Part shown: positions 47,267-60,501 of the stretch, piece after piece
Layout of the letters: each line of letters opens with the position of its first letter
Position numbering within the stretch: position 1 is the stretch's first letter
Assembly: GCA_010405405.1 (NCBI GenBank)
Contig: MU004238.1
Coordinates: 1,623,530-1,687,529 of the forward strand
Length of the DNA stretch: 64,000 nucleotides
Reading direction: 5' to 3'
Source of the DNA: Microthyrium microscopicum
Lineage: Eukaryota
Translations under genes and position numbers: made by a program
Notes under the pieces: generated by a model
What the model saw: only the letters and a program-made list of their open reading frames with translations
The model's database searches: none
Told to the model about the DNA's origin: nothing

Positions 47267-48827
47267 TCAGCTTTTGGATTTTGATATTGATTCAACTTTT
47301 CCTGTTGATGCTTTACCAGACGAGGTGCTCTGACCTTCGTGACTGGATTTCCACAGATCTCGATTGAGCATGATGTTGATGCTCATTTGCTCATGCCCGC
47401 TCTTACTTTGAGAGTCAGAGATAATGATAATTGATCTGTTGGAGGCGCTTCGCTGTTGAGTATCCGACTGTCCAGCACTTGGATATGTTGGATTGGACGC
47501 TCCTTGTTCCGCTTCGATTGTTGGATCCTGTGAAGTTCCTGTGCGATGAGACGAAAACAAAGTCCGGATTTCTGGTAATGATCCACAAATTATGCCGAGG
47601 TTGAAATCCAGACACGAGAGGATGTAGAGGATGGCGATATTGTCTGACCTGTCGTTAGCGTTACAAGCCATTGCAAACTGCAAAGTATCTGCTCGTACAG
47701 AAGAGATCATTTGACGCAAAGTAGACCTGTGATAGGTAGTAAATTCGACCGATCCCTGCTATGCAAGTACTACACAGACTGTGGTCAGTCTTCGTTCTGT
47801 TACATTTCGAGGTGGTTGCGTACAAACAGCCAATGCTAAATACAAATATCAAGCCGACTCGTTGTCGCAGTGGTAACCGAATAGTCCACAGTCGTGGAGC
47901 TGGCCACAAGAACACTGCGAGATCCTGTATGGTGTTAGCTCGACTTCTGCTGGAATTGTGGGTCTCGCCGCACTACGTGACAATCTGATGAAATGATTAT
48001 ATATCATTTCACAGGATTATCCATCTTTGCATCTAGGGTGACTTGACGTGGGACACTTGCAGTGATCGTGTTAATTACTGCTGTTACAACGAACGCCCGC
48101 TTTGTATTGTAACACTTGTTATGAGTAATCGTCAAGTCCCAATACGCTTCAATGGGTCTATTACGCGGTTAAAATTGCATGTTTTTCGCCTTGTGGGCGC
48201 TGTACTTACAAGCAAGGTAGCATCATTGCGATAGTACTACCAATTAAAGAGAGGACTAAGAACGTAATTGTCCCAAAGCAGAAATATCTATCAACCTCGC
48301 TTGGGAAGATGCGCAGGTATGTTAGACAAATAGATATCTTGGAAAGAGACACAGTAGGCGTGAACAAAACTGCAAACACATAGGCAGACTGACCGTTCAT
48401 TGTCAGTTTCGCAGCTTAGATATAGTCTGAAGGTAAATATCATGGAAGGACTTACCTTTGCAGCCAAATTAATCTCTGGATCGCTAAGATCCCATCCATG
48501 TTTTCCAGTACCATATCTCGTAGATACGAGATTTAACACTGTTTCAGCTGTTGCGAAAAGCTAAAAGTACGAAAGTCAGAGTCATCTCAGGATATCGGCA
48601 GAAGACTTTCTTACTGATGCCACTCCCATCATCCAATCATCCGATCCAAGTGCTCGTTTCACGAAGGCTCTAGCGTAGAATCTCAATGATACAATCGAGA
48701 TCATCAAGACTAGCACTGGAGTTTCAACGGCAAGCAGAAGCGTAATTCTAGTATCGTGCAAAGACCGATCTTCTGGTAAGGTCGCAAATCCAGGAACCAC
48801 CTTTGGTGGTGGGTCGGTTGTCAGCAT
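47267..48827 (-). CDS. PTH11-like integral membrane protein (fungal rhodopsin-like GPCR, no CFEM)
   Basis: LRFYAR..LGSDDW, GTGKHGWD, LSKISICLTYLRIF, CLPIEAYWD, VFLWP..LW.IRL, NLGIICGSLP across 6 exons. Confidence 0.85.
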
Positions 48828-49819
48828 TCTTGATATCGATATGCGAGTCTGAGCCGCCTAGTACGCCCCTCTCAACCAGATGACTGAAGACAGTGCACAT
48901 TGAGGCAGTAGTGTAGTCCCCCGATTTGCGAAGGGTGCGTATATCCAGCAGGAATTGTCGAGATAAGTTACCTTTTCAGCTATTGAAGAGGTGAGAAGTG
49001 AAAAGGGGGCCTTTTAACGTCAACCATACTGTCATTCCCTAAATTGGAATAGTTGTGAAAGTCAGGAACTATGGGTTAGTAGTCTGGAACAACAAGGTCT
49101 TTTGACCTTTAGGGAACTCTCCGCCAAACCTAGGCGTAATATCAATCCTAACCGGATGGGAATCGCAAGAATTGAGCGAATGCCAGGATATCGGATGCGG
49201 GGTCATCAATAGGCATCACGAAAGTGCCCTATAAACCAAAGACGGCCCAGATATTCGATAGAATAGCCTAGGTAAATCGTAGAGATCCATGAAATAGAGT
49301 TCGTTTTGAGCTGTTGTTACTGGTCGAGTAGGCGTATATCTTGGCAGCAAGTCTTAACGGAGCTAACCAGGAGATGATCAGATCAATCAACAAGCGCTTG
49401 AGCTAGGCGAGAGAAAACAGGATTACATCGCGTAAAATAGCCTGTGTCTTCAGATAGTGGTTCATGAAGAACTATTCGTGGTCGGGAGGATTACACGACT
49501 AGAAACGTGTCTGAGCCTTGCAGATGGTCTGGCCCTAGATGCAAAATGGGATGTTGATTGGTTCGCATGGCTGAAAACACTTTATCTGAAGCTGGCAGGA
49601 TTGACAACTGGCGAGCAGTTCGTCGGTTGACGGGACGATGATCCGGCGCAGAAGCATATGACGGCGTTTTATATCCTATATCATTGGCTATAAAGACCTA
49701 TAAGTAGAAGGACTGTCAATCTTTGTATCTGGCTCTAATTAAGAGTCTCAGGCTGTTTGACTCGAGTGAGCTTGCCTCCAATCAGATACTAGGATGTGTA
49801 CGCTCCCTTAAAACACTTA

Positions 49820-49894
49820 CCCATCGGTTAAGAATACGATCGCCGTAGGCGATCAGGGACACCTCAACGAGGAGGATACCTCAACGAGGACTCT
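49820..49894 (+). repeat. left TIR with two 17-bp internal direct repeats GGA[C/T]ACCTCAACGAGGA
   Basis: Reverse complement of 53122-53196. Confidence 0.95.
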
Positions 49895-52800
49895 ATTTAC
49901 TATAGATTACTAAATAATTAATCCTATACGCAAATTATGATATTATTTAATGTAATTAATATAGGATGTGCCTATAGTACTATTCTATAACTAGTATCAA
50001 TTTTAGTAATTAATATTAACTTTTAGGGTGTGATCCTATGTAGTAATTAAGTTGCATAGAATATACAAAAATTGCAAAATCTCTTAATTTTAATAATAAC
50101 TAGAACTATCTAAAGTAAATAATATCTAAATTTTATAGTAAATATAGTAAACGACGCGTACGCTCTTATATTATATGTTAGGAAGCGTTAAAGTCCTAAA
50201 TAGTTAGTAGTACTTTAAGATTAATATCTTCATCGTTAGAACTAGCTAAAGACTAATATTCTTTATTAGTAATTATATCCAAATTATTTAGCGCTTTATT
50301 ACTATGGCGTACTTTAACAAGATCTATAGGAAGCTAAGGAAGAGTAAGAAGCTATAAATTAGGACACTATTTAATTAATATATCTCTCTCGTAATTGTAC
50401 TTAGGGCGATTAATTCCTATACCTAAAAGGTTACTAAAATACTACTACTAAGGGTAGGTTTAAGGGCAATACTACTATAGTAGAGCAAGATCTTTAAACT
50501 ATAGTAGTAGTAAGTAATTTTAATAGGGATCTGCCTATTCGTACCTTTATATCTTTATTATCTCTTCGTCCTTAGTAGCGCGCATATTTAGAGGCTTAAT
50601 TTCTTCCTTTTTAACTCTTATTTTACGCTTCTTCTTTAATAGCTAAGATCTCTTAGCTACTACCACCTAAGATACTTAAACGAGAGTAATTTTAGGCTTA
50701 GAATCCTTAAGATCTACGAGTTATAAAGCTTTTAAAGCTTTCTTAATAGTAGCATTCTTTCGTCTTATAATAATACCCTAAAGATTAGTCTAATTCTAGT
50801 TAGTAGCCTTCTTAAACGACTCAACGGTAAAGTAATGGAAGAGAGAGGGATAGACGTAATCATAGAGAGCGAGTTAATAAAGAAGCTATGGATCTATAAT
50901 ATAAGGTCGAATTCTATGCTAGGTATTTAGTAATTCTGACGAGCTTATAATATTACGATCTTAAAGGTCTGTAGCGTAGATAAATCTACCTTTTTAAGTC
51001 TATTTCCTAGATCTAGATTTTATCTATTTATTGTGAAGTTAAGCTAGATATAAGTTAAAGTAATAATTAATTAATTACGTATAGAGAGAGGCTATTGCTT
51101 TAGTAGCTATTAGGAACGTCTTCCTATTTATTCTTCTCTATCGCTATAGATCTATAGGAACTAGAGATGCTAAAGAACGATCCTATAATTGTACCTATGT
51201 TAATATCTCTTTAAAGATCGTTAAATACGCTAGAGGAAGCTAAATCTTAGGTAATTCTATAGCTTTAAGTATTATAGCACGTCTTCTAAACTTCTAAGTC
51301 TTCCTATTCTAATTAGGGTATGTTTTTAGGCCTGCTAAAGGATCTACTATAGGTATGCAATTAAGTATTAGATAAAGATTAAAGGGTACTATTCCTATAC
51401 GTCTCTAGGTACTCTTAATGTTATTTTTAGTAAAGGTTTAAGATCTAATATGCTTAATTACGATAAAGAAGTATTATTTATTAAAATTAATAATTCCTTA
51501 ATAGGCGTAGGTATTAATTACCTCTAAATATTAGTGTTTTTATAGTTAAAAGATACCAACATCTAATAGTTATAGGAAGTGCGTTAAATATAGAGGTAGA
51601 AGTAATAATTTAATCTTATTTAGCTTATAGAATAGTATAAACTAGTAGGTAAGATAGCTTTCGTATTCGTTAATTATTAGAAGCTGCTAGTAAGCCTTTT
51701 TTCGTGCTTAATCCTTTAGCTAGTGTTGCTTTAAGAGTCATTAAAAATGCTATATCTAGATAAATCCTAGGTAGTTATTTGAATAACTACTATCTAACAC
51801 TACTATAGCGAAGTTAGTACTCTAGATTTAGTAGTTTTAAAGCTATTAACTTATTAATCACGATATCTCCTAATATAAGTCTATTAAACCAAGATTTTAA
51901 GATAATACAGCCTTTAGTAATAAGAAGAGGCGTAATAGTTCTTCTACTAGTAGAATAGGCTTTTACGGATATTAAATTCTCTTAATTATTGAGCGATTTA
52001 ATATAATTATAATAGCTACTAAAGAACTCGCGATTATTAGGCATAACTACTATCTAGCCTCTTCCTATACTAATTTAAACGTTTATTTTATCTATATTCT
52101 ACTAATCTTTGGTTAGAATGTTGTATTTATTAATTATCTCTTTATAATCTTAATAGAACTTAGTAATGGCATCTTTATTCATTGCCTACTTGCGAGTAGC
52201 TTTAATAGTAGGTTAAAATCGTAGAGCAAAAGATAAGCGCTTTATCTAACGGCGAGCTTATTTTAAGCTAACTTAAGGTCAATTTTAGAAGGGAATTTTA
52301 TCAATATTGAGAATGTCTCGTTATAGGATCTTATTTGCAGTATTCTATATAAGCTTAACCTAAATAAGGACCCTAATCTTTGCTATAAGGTCAAGATATT
52401 GCTTTAGGGTGCTTTCTTACGCTTTAGAGAGCTTTTATTAGTTTAATTTACGTAAAGAATAAGATCTAGCACGACTAGTATATCGCTAGTAGAGTCATTT
52501 AGGTAGAATTAGAGAGAATTTGGCGGCTAGGGTATTCTATGTAGTTTTAGGCTAATTATCTTTAAATTTTATAGCTTTTTTAATAGTCGTTTCTTTATCT
52601 ATATAAAACGCGCGATTTTGCTTCTTTTGCTAGGTTTTTAAAGGTATATTAGTAGTAGTAGAAATAATTGTTAAAGTAGTAAATTATTAAAAGAGCTAGA
52701 ATTATTATGTTATAGGTAGTAGAACTAGGACTACTTCATTATATAAAGTTAGATTTACTAAGAGGGCCTAAGCGTTAGATTCCTATTTATTATAACTACT

Positions 52801-53121
52801 TTGCTAAAAGTATATATTATTTTCTAAAAATTTAGTAGTGTGTTTAGACGGGTATAAATAAAGTTTAGTAAAAATATGAAAATTATTTAATAGTTAGTTA
52901 CTAAGTAGTTATAAAGAACGTATAGAAATCTAGAAATACCGACCTAATCCTAAGTTAAACTAATGATACTCAACTATTCATACTTTAGCTAGATTTTAAG
53001 ATATAATTCTTAAAATAATATAGGATTTATAGCTCAAGCTATGGAATATAATCCCTCTTTTAAAATTTAAAAATATCACGTTTTAGCTACATGGTAGCTA
53101 TATAAAGCAAAGGGTACAGAA

Positions 53122-53196
53122 AGAGTCCTCGTTGAGGTGTCCTCCTCGTTGAGGTGTCCCCAATCGCCTACGGCGATCGTGTTCTTAACCGATGGG
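53122..53196 (-). repeat. right TIR
   Basis: Reverse complement of 49820-49894. Confidence 0.95.
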
Positions 53197-53696
53197 TAAT
53201 CCATGTGTATTTACTCAATGAGGTACAAAATCGGGAAGACTGACCTATCGGGTAAGGCAACAGGCAGTATCCATTACCAGTCAACTGGTAGCGTATAGTG
53301 CGTCTTCATTACGTTGCAATTCTGTCAAGTGGACATTAATAGTATTGCATTCATACTCTATGCTCATCGGTTATCTACCATCGGTTTGAGGTGGATCTAT
53401 CCATCTGATTGAGAACAGCTTACAGTATGTTCCGTGTGTTTCCCTCAGTAAAAAGCATACTAGATGCATAGAGTTTCGAAATCAAAGCGATAGTCGACTG
53501 GGAAAAATCATATCTATTCATGGGGGTATTTTGAGAGATCGACAACTAAGGATAGGCAAACGTCCTATGAACCATTCAAAAATATCGGCAAGGGCCGAAG
53601 TATGCTCGGAAACGCCACGCTTGTTTATGCGGAAGGATCAAATCGATGTCGGATAGTTCCTTGAGCTAAGGAACTGCTGGGGTTGGAGTTTCGAAT

Positions 53697-55857
53697 TTAT
53701 GTTGCAGTAAATGCAAACCGTCGGAGATCAAGAGCAGGTTTTCGAGTTTTGCCATCAAATTCTTCATCTTCGCTTTCAGAAACGATCAAGTCTTCACTGC
53801 CTTGTAAGCCTAAGGCGTGAGATATCGGAGGGTGTTCAATTGGGTCGCTTGCAGGCACAACGATGACTTGGCTAGCTTCCGCCCAAGTCATGTCAGAAAT
53901 ATCCAGTTCGTCATCTGGCTGGAGTGGTAATGAGTCGTGCTGATTACCGCAAATTCCTGGATTGTTCAGCTGTGATGTGTTGGTGTACTTCTCCAGAGAT
54001 TTCTTGCGCATGACCTTTACATCAGACAGGAGGTATTTGTCAAAACAACCTGCTGGAGATTTATCCTTAGACAATCCAAGGTCCACTAACGTGTCATCGA
54101 TATCCTCAAAGTCATTTCGAAGTGTTTCTGTTGGTGAAGCCTCTACAAGAGTAATTTGTGATTCATCCCCCACGACCAGTTCATTGGGTTCGCAAGTCGC
54201 TTTTGATTTCACAGGCACTTCGACATTTGGAAGATGGTTGAGCGGTAGAGACAACATTGCCTCGTCCACAGAATCATCTGAGAAAACAGTGAAATCAGTA
54301 GAACGCCGCTTTCTCTTCTTTTTCTCGGACTTGGCGAAAAATCTGCTTGATCCAGTCATCACTTCGGCGATAGTGGAAGAATGTGGGATAATCGTCGTTT
54401 CGACACCGTTGGAGAGCTTTTGTCGTTTCGATGGATTGGTCGCAGGTGTCGTTGAGACTGATACCTCATTGCGGCGTACATGAGTGATACTGTTTGAAAC
54501 AGGGATTTCAGACTGTAATAGTATAGGCGCTGTCTGTGGTTGCCACGAACTATTGGACGCTCGACGAGCTTGCTCTTCTTGTCGTGGTGTCAATATGAAG
54601 CTATTCGGATCCAGCTCTGCCAAGGGTTGTCGAGACTTGAAGAATGCATCCAAGGTCATATTTTTCTTGGTGTCTAGGTTCTCCACTTGGTTTTCTTTTC
54701 GAGTAAAGCCATACTTCGGCGTAGTGATTATTTCCGATTGCAGAATGAGCGGCTTCTTAGTATGCGGATTGAGATCACCACCGGCAACACCTGCAGCGAT
54801 GGCAGGCTCTACAAATCGACCAAGAAATTCCATACTCGCGATATCCACATGTTGTCCTGGTGATGACAGATTGACCATCGCTTTCTGAGAAGGACAGAAC
54901 ACCCATTGATATAAGAAAGTGTTTTCAGCTTGGACAAAGTCGATTAAATATTCCTGCGGAACCTTGAGCTTGCCCTCGAGTCGAACAGCTTGCAAGACTC
55001 GTTCGATAGTTTTGTGCTTTCGAAGTAGGCGATGGGCAGTTTTGAGACCCAGCTGGTCGATGTTGTCCAGATAGTCGCATCCGCTTAGAATGGCCATGCG
55101 TCGGAAGTCTTGATCAGTCCAGCCAACAAGACTGACTTCTCGGCAGGCGGTAAAATCATCTCTGCGAATCATAACGCACTCTCCATATTGGTCTAGCTTA
55201 GTTAGTAAGCATCTTGCTCCAAATACAAGGAGATCCGAATCTTCCGAAATGATGCCTTGGATATGACCATGGCGCTCCAAATATGCAAGTTGAGAGTCTG
55301 CTTCGTAAGGTGCCACAACATATTTTATGTTGGCTCTTTTAAGTTCTCGAATGAGTAGTCCTGCCATCTCCGGGGTAACATCAACAGCTTTTTGCAGTTC
55401 CTGTTGGGCTTGTGCTGTCTTCCCAAGCCGTAAGAGCTCCAGGCCAAGCTTCTTGCTCTCTTCTCTCCGTTTGAGTCGATCCTTCTCAGTGCAAGCTTTG
55501 CTTGGGAGATAGTCCCCATCAAAGACAATATATGGTATGATGCCGAAATGTAGCAGCATCCGAACTCGGTTCATCGCAAACTCAACATATCTTTCCAGCA
55601 GTTAGTTTGGAAATATTTATGAGTAGGACGATGGCATACTTGGTAGTGTGCTGGCCGAGAGCCAACTGCACAGCGCAGGCCGTCGTGCCTCGATGGAGCC
55701 AGCCATAAGCATCAATGCCAATAGTCTGCCCTGCAAACTTCCGTAAATGGGTAGGCTTCTGTATAGATTTTAAAAGCGGCAAGAGACCTGATCGAGATAT
55801 TAGCCTGAAGTCCAACAATGGCTCCTCTGCTCGCAGGAGCGTACCTGAAATCCCCAT
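53697..55857 (-). CDS. EXO1: exonuclease 1 (XPG/Rad2 family)
   Basis: MGISGLLPLLKSI, IDAYGWLHRG, VFDG, VAPYEADSQLAYL, SEDSDLLVFG, ILSGCDYL; 2 introns. Confidence 0.95.
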
Positions 55858-56592
55858 GTTGTAGAGTAGCCCAAACGGTTGGGAGGAAATTGTCTTAGCT
55901 CTCGGGAGCAAATTTGTATACGGTGCGCATTGTTTAAGTTTATTGTCTCCCAAAGGTGGACGTGTTCCCGCGCTGTCGAAGGTGGTGCAGTTCAAGACGA
56001 ACGACGCGAACGCGCCGAAGAAGTCGCGAGCATCGACCAAGCCGCGCTAAGACAGTGACAACTCGGCCCGAGACGGCGCTTGGTGCGATCCGAAGTTACA
56101 GCCAATAGGAAGACTGACCAAAATCAATATGGTACCGTACTTGCACTGTGAGTAATAACGGTCCGTCCCATTATTCAGGTCCATGTATAGTATTTTGGAC
56201 GCAGAAAAGCAAAACGGAACATCAAGGCTGCTGCTGCTTCGAACAGCTACACATCAACTATGCAGGAGAAATCCCGAAGGAACATCAGATTACAAGAAGT
56301 AGTTATGAAACATCGAACACACTGAGGGTTAGAGAGCATGCTTTTATTTAAGGTACTACGGTGGCGTAGACACCTGAACTCATCAATGACTCAATCATTA
56401 AGTTTGCAGAGTAGTATGGTGTACTTTACTACAAGAGTGTTGTTACATGATGCAATGCTAAATAATTCAAAAAGCATCCTGGGAATCTCGAGTGGCGAAG
56501 ATGAGCAAACGCTGCTTACGCCAAGTAATCGTAGCCATAATATACAATATGACGGGTTGTTTTGTACAATATACGTGCAGAGGTAGAAGGAC

Positions 56593-58032
56593 TTATGCTG
56601 GAGTTCGTGTGCCTCGTCGCTCATTGATGCCACCTGCCATTTTCTTGCCTATCTCATAGCTGCTGATCATAATCGCACATGCAGGAGCTACCTTGAGACA
56701 CCGCGCGCTCCAACCTGTGAAGAGACCAGCGGTTCCTTGAGTCTTGAAAATATGCCAGAGAAAGCGTGGCATCGCTAAATCTTCAGGTATTGGAGTTGAT
56801 GTTGCGTTTTTAATGGCGTTGCCACCATGGCGAATGATTTGCTGTCGTGTCTTTCCAACATCAAAAGGTGTAGTGACAAACGCTGCAAAAGCTCCAGAAG
56901 CTGCTCCGGCGATAAAACTGTCAATGAGTGTAGTTTTGTGATCTTCTTGACTGAGAGACCCTCTTCGACGCTTCTGTGGCTCTGCTGAGTTAGTTGCTGT
57001 CACTACTTCTCGCGCTCCATAGTCACGATAGTCCCTCAATGCCTCTCGACCATACTCATATCCCCACCAATACAACGCACTGAACGGGACATCGCGCCAT
57101 AATGTCAGGACAAGGCCACTCCATAGACTTCGATACCCACTTGCAGCAACCATTTCACGAAGGCCCCGCATTGTCTCCACAAATGGCGACCGCTGGCCTG
57201 GTGTGTTACGAGCACCTTGCATCCGCGTGCGGAACATCTCTATGGGGCTCACGGCAATGGCGGCTAGTATACGTGCAGAAGAGCCAGCCAGTAGTGGTAT
57301 GTACCACTCGGTGACGTTGAAGCGTCGAAAGGGACTCTGACGGTTATAGCGAAGCCAGTCGTAACCAGCAAAGTAGATAACGTTTGCTGGTATCGCCATG
57401 AGAAGGGTCGGGCTTAGACCACGCCATAGTGTTCTTGGTCCTTCATTTTGTGCAATCTTCCGCAAGCCGTCGAATGTGGAAGTGAACGTTTTGGATTGAG
57501 CTTCCTCTGCTGCACAAGCTGCAGCGGATCTTACGGCAGAATTTGATATAGCGGTTGGAACCGTGGTACTGGTAACGGACGGAGTGGCGACGCAGTACTG
57601 TGTGTTGTTTGATACCCAGAACACTTCACGACAACACGTCGATATGCCTAAATTTGGAGGAAGATTGGAGAATGATGATACGCTGTGGGCAGAGGGAGGA
57701 CCGGTGCGTGGGAGGTTAGATATTCCTTGTGCCGGCTGCGATTGCAAACGAACTCGTACAACGTCTAGGGGATTGACTACGACATGATCAGTAGGTGGCG
57801 TCAAAGTATGAGATCTAGTATAGGTACCTAGTAACGAAGTTATCAAGCTACCTGAGGTTGCTGATAGCATTTTCTGGTAAAATGAAACTGGAACATCGCC
57901 TTCATCTGGATCTGGCTCCCCTAACGCGACTCCAACATTTCTGAACCGATCATGGCGCTGGCCGCCAAGCTGTGTATGAGAAGTTGAGTCATTGTTGAAC
58001 CGCGTAGCAGTTGAGTCGTTGCGTATATCCAT
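56593..58032 (-). CDS. MTM1: mitochondrial carrier, Mtm1/SLC25A39-40 type
   Basis: PLDVVRVRLQ, CCREVFW, LWRGLSPTL, LWRDVPFSALYW, TPFDVGKTR, KVAPACAIMISSYE; probable in-frame intron ~57780-57826. Confidence 0.88.
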   Translation of the reverse strand: MDIRNDSTATRFNNDSTSHTQLGGQRHDRFRNVGVALGEPDPDEGDVPVSFYQKMLSATSGSLITSLLGTYTRSHTLTPPTDHVVVNPLDVVRVRLQSQPAQGISNLPRTGPPSAHSVSSFSNLPPNLGISTCCREVFWVSNNTQYCVATPSVTSTTVPTAISNSAVRSAAACAAEEAQSKTFTSTFDGLRKIAQNEGPRTLWRGLSPTLLMAIPANVIYFAGYDWLRYNRQSPFRRFNVTEWYIPLLAGSSARILAAIAVSPIEMFRTRMQGARNTPGQRSPFVETMRGLREMVAASGYRSLWSGLVLTLWRDVPFSALYWWGYEYGREALRDYRDYGAREVVTATNSAEPQKRRRGSLSQEDHKTTLIDSFIAGAASGAFAAFVTTPFDVGKTRQQIIRHGGNAIKNATSTPIPEDLAMPRFLWHIFKTQGTAGLFTGWSARCLKVAPACAIMISSYEIGKKMAGGINERRGTRTPA

Positions 58033-58486
58033 GTGTATTGGGGCAATTGGTTTCCGACTACCGGGTAAGATGGCTCATTGTAGTTGCTTGCGCGATTGTG
58101 AAGGAAATGGATATTGGAGGACTAATGGAGCATGATGATGCGCGTATCTGAGAGCTGTAAAAAAATATTTGGTTCGGAATGACGGATGTCACGACGTTAG
58201 TCGCAGCCGATCTTGGTCCCGCTAGCCGATCGTTCGGAGATAAAAGATATGTAGCTCGATATCTCCGTTCACTACTACATTGAATCATCAAGAACGTCGG
58301 TGACCGCTTTTGACCTAAAGACACTCATATCCTGAAGCACCTGTATGATCTTTTTCTTTGCATATGATTTTTAGCACTAGACGGATACCTGAAATACCTT
58401 CACTTCTTTGTTTGTGTAATTATCGCCTTTGAATTAACCAAAACTACACTACCTACCTAGATAGTAGATACCCACCAACGAAAGGC

Positions 58487-60079
58487 ATGGCAAGTCAGAC
58501 AGAGGCAGAGCTTGAGAGATTTAGAGAACAATGGCGCGCTGAAGTGAAAGCGCGAGCTGTTGGTGGGTCTCAACCTCGTCGAGCTGAGCACCAACGACTG
58601 TCAACTTCGGGGTCCAGTCGGGGACACGCTCGACAGATTTCGTCCTCCAAGATAGCCAAGAACCAAGCTATCCCGGATGATGAGTATGAGCCACGGTCAT
58701 ATCACGACGTGGAGAGTAAAGAGCTCGGAAGAAAAGTTGGCGATTCTACATGGGGTGCTGCCAACTCCTCTGTAGAGGTTGAGCCAAAATCTGCTCTAGA
58801 GCACTATGAGAAAGCGGTAGAAAGAGAGGCCTTGGGAAACCTGGGAGACAGTCTGACTCATTATCGCAAAGCGTTCAAGGTATATCAACCGTATTCGCCT
58901 GTTATAAATACGCATAACTGATTGTAACAGCTTGATCCTCAAGTGCAAGAGCAGTATAAGAAGAAGTATTTTCCAGCAACAAAACCAACCAACATCAACC
59001 CCTCAAATGCTCCAGTAACTGTTCCGAATACCGCCCACCACTCGTCCGCGGAGCCAACCCAATCAGTTTCTGAACTCATTGCGGGCTTCTCCCATCTCTC
59101 CATCCTAGGGGAAGTACCGCCGACTGAGTTATCCCCTGCTCCACCCTGTCCAATCTCCACCATTCCAGACGAAGTACTAGTAGAAATTATGCACCAAGTA
59201 GCTTCGGTTGACGTTACTCTATTCTCTCGCTTATCGCAGGTTTGCAAGCAGTTGGCTTTTCTTGTGTCATCCGAAGATAGCGTGTGGCGAAGAGTTGCAC
59301 TGGAATCGAAATATGGCTTTGCCGCGATGCTATACGATTTTGCCTGTACCATTGAGTGGACAGAACTGCCGGATGATACGGACCATTACCTATACGAGCT
59401 AGACAACTCTTCGCTTCTGGCAATAACCAAGAAGCTATCAGTTCTTCCACTCAGTCCCATATACCCTACATATCGTCAAATGTTTCGATCTCGACCTCGG
59501 ATACGGTTCAACGGATGCTATATTAGCACTGTCAATTACACAAGACCTGGTGGGCAAGGAGCTAACAGTGTGACATGGACTCATAGTGTACTGATTGTAA
59601 CCTACTATCGCTATTTGAGGTTCTTCCCTGACGGCACAGTCATCAGCCTCCTAACTACTGCGGAGCCCCCGGATGTGGTACCGTATTTGCAAAAGGAATA
59701 CATGGGCTACAAAGGCCAACCAGGCAGCAACCTTCCCCAAGCGGTGATGAAGGATTCCCTCAAAGGGCGCTGGCGTCTCAGTGGCGATCCTTACGGGACT
59801 AAGGCTGTCCGTCGGCGTCAACCCGGTCAACAAGAGCAAGGCGAGGAAGAGGAAGATGATGAACTGGAAGGCGACGTCCATATTGAAACCGAAGGGGCAG
59901 TGGCAAGATATAGATATATCATGCAGTTGAGACTCTCTTCCGCTGGCAAAGGCGCAAGAAATAACAAATTAAACTGGATTGGATACTGGAATTACAACAA
60001 GCTCACAGATGATATGGGAGAGTTTGGTATGAAGAACTATCGGGCATTCTTCTGGAGTCGCGTCAAGAGTTGGAAATAG
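58487..60079 (+). CDS. HRT3: F-box protein Hrt3/Pof7 (FBXO9 family)
   Basis: ELERFREQW, ALEHYEKAVERE..GNLGDSL, F-box IPDEVLVEI, RPRIRFNGCYISTVNY, VTYYRYLRFFPDG; intron 58880-58930. Confidence 0.88.
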
Positions 60080-60501
60080 ATACCTTTATACAGATAGATC
60101 CAAAAATACTACCCTAGCTGGACGCAAGTTGTGGCCGTAGGTTTTGAGCATGTTCAAGAAATTAGTAACAAACTCTGAACTATGTCGACATAAAACTGTG
60201 CCCATGCGCCCAAACGCGCACCTCGATGAAAAGCAAATAAGATTTATTCAGTACTACCGCTGATGACTACAAGAAACCTCATTTCAGATTTCATGTAGAT
60301 ACTAAAGGCATGTATTTGTCAGGATAAGCCCTGTCTCAGTCAAGTGCGCTGCTTACAGAGCATCATAATATCAACCCCTCAGGTGGATCTTGAAGGTTTG
60401 AAGAGTTCTTCAAACCACGAAAAACTCCACTACATCAGGTTCCATGGTTTAGATGGGCAAAAATTGAATTCCTGATCTATAGGCATCAAGTCTGTGCGAA
60501 G

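Larger units (their letters stand above)
49820..53196 (-). mobile_element. RIP-degraded pogo/Fot1-type (Tc1/mariner superfamily) DNA transposon
   Basis: 75-bp TIRs (49820-49894, 53122-53196; 4 mismatches), TA flanking both ends, AT/TpA-rich interior. Minus-strand relic THFL*LLDVGIF (QPLDVG motif) at ~51550-51585 and NIDK (NMDE-like) at ~52090. Confidence 0.9.

Noticed and set aside
49856..49894. Direct repeats that might suggest a CRISPR-like array
   Set aside because: Eukaryotic context, no spacers; these are internal repeats of the transposon TIR.
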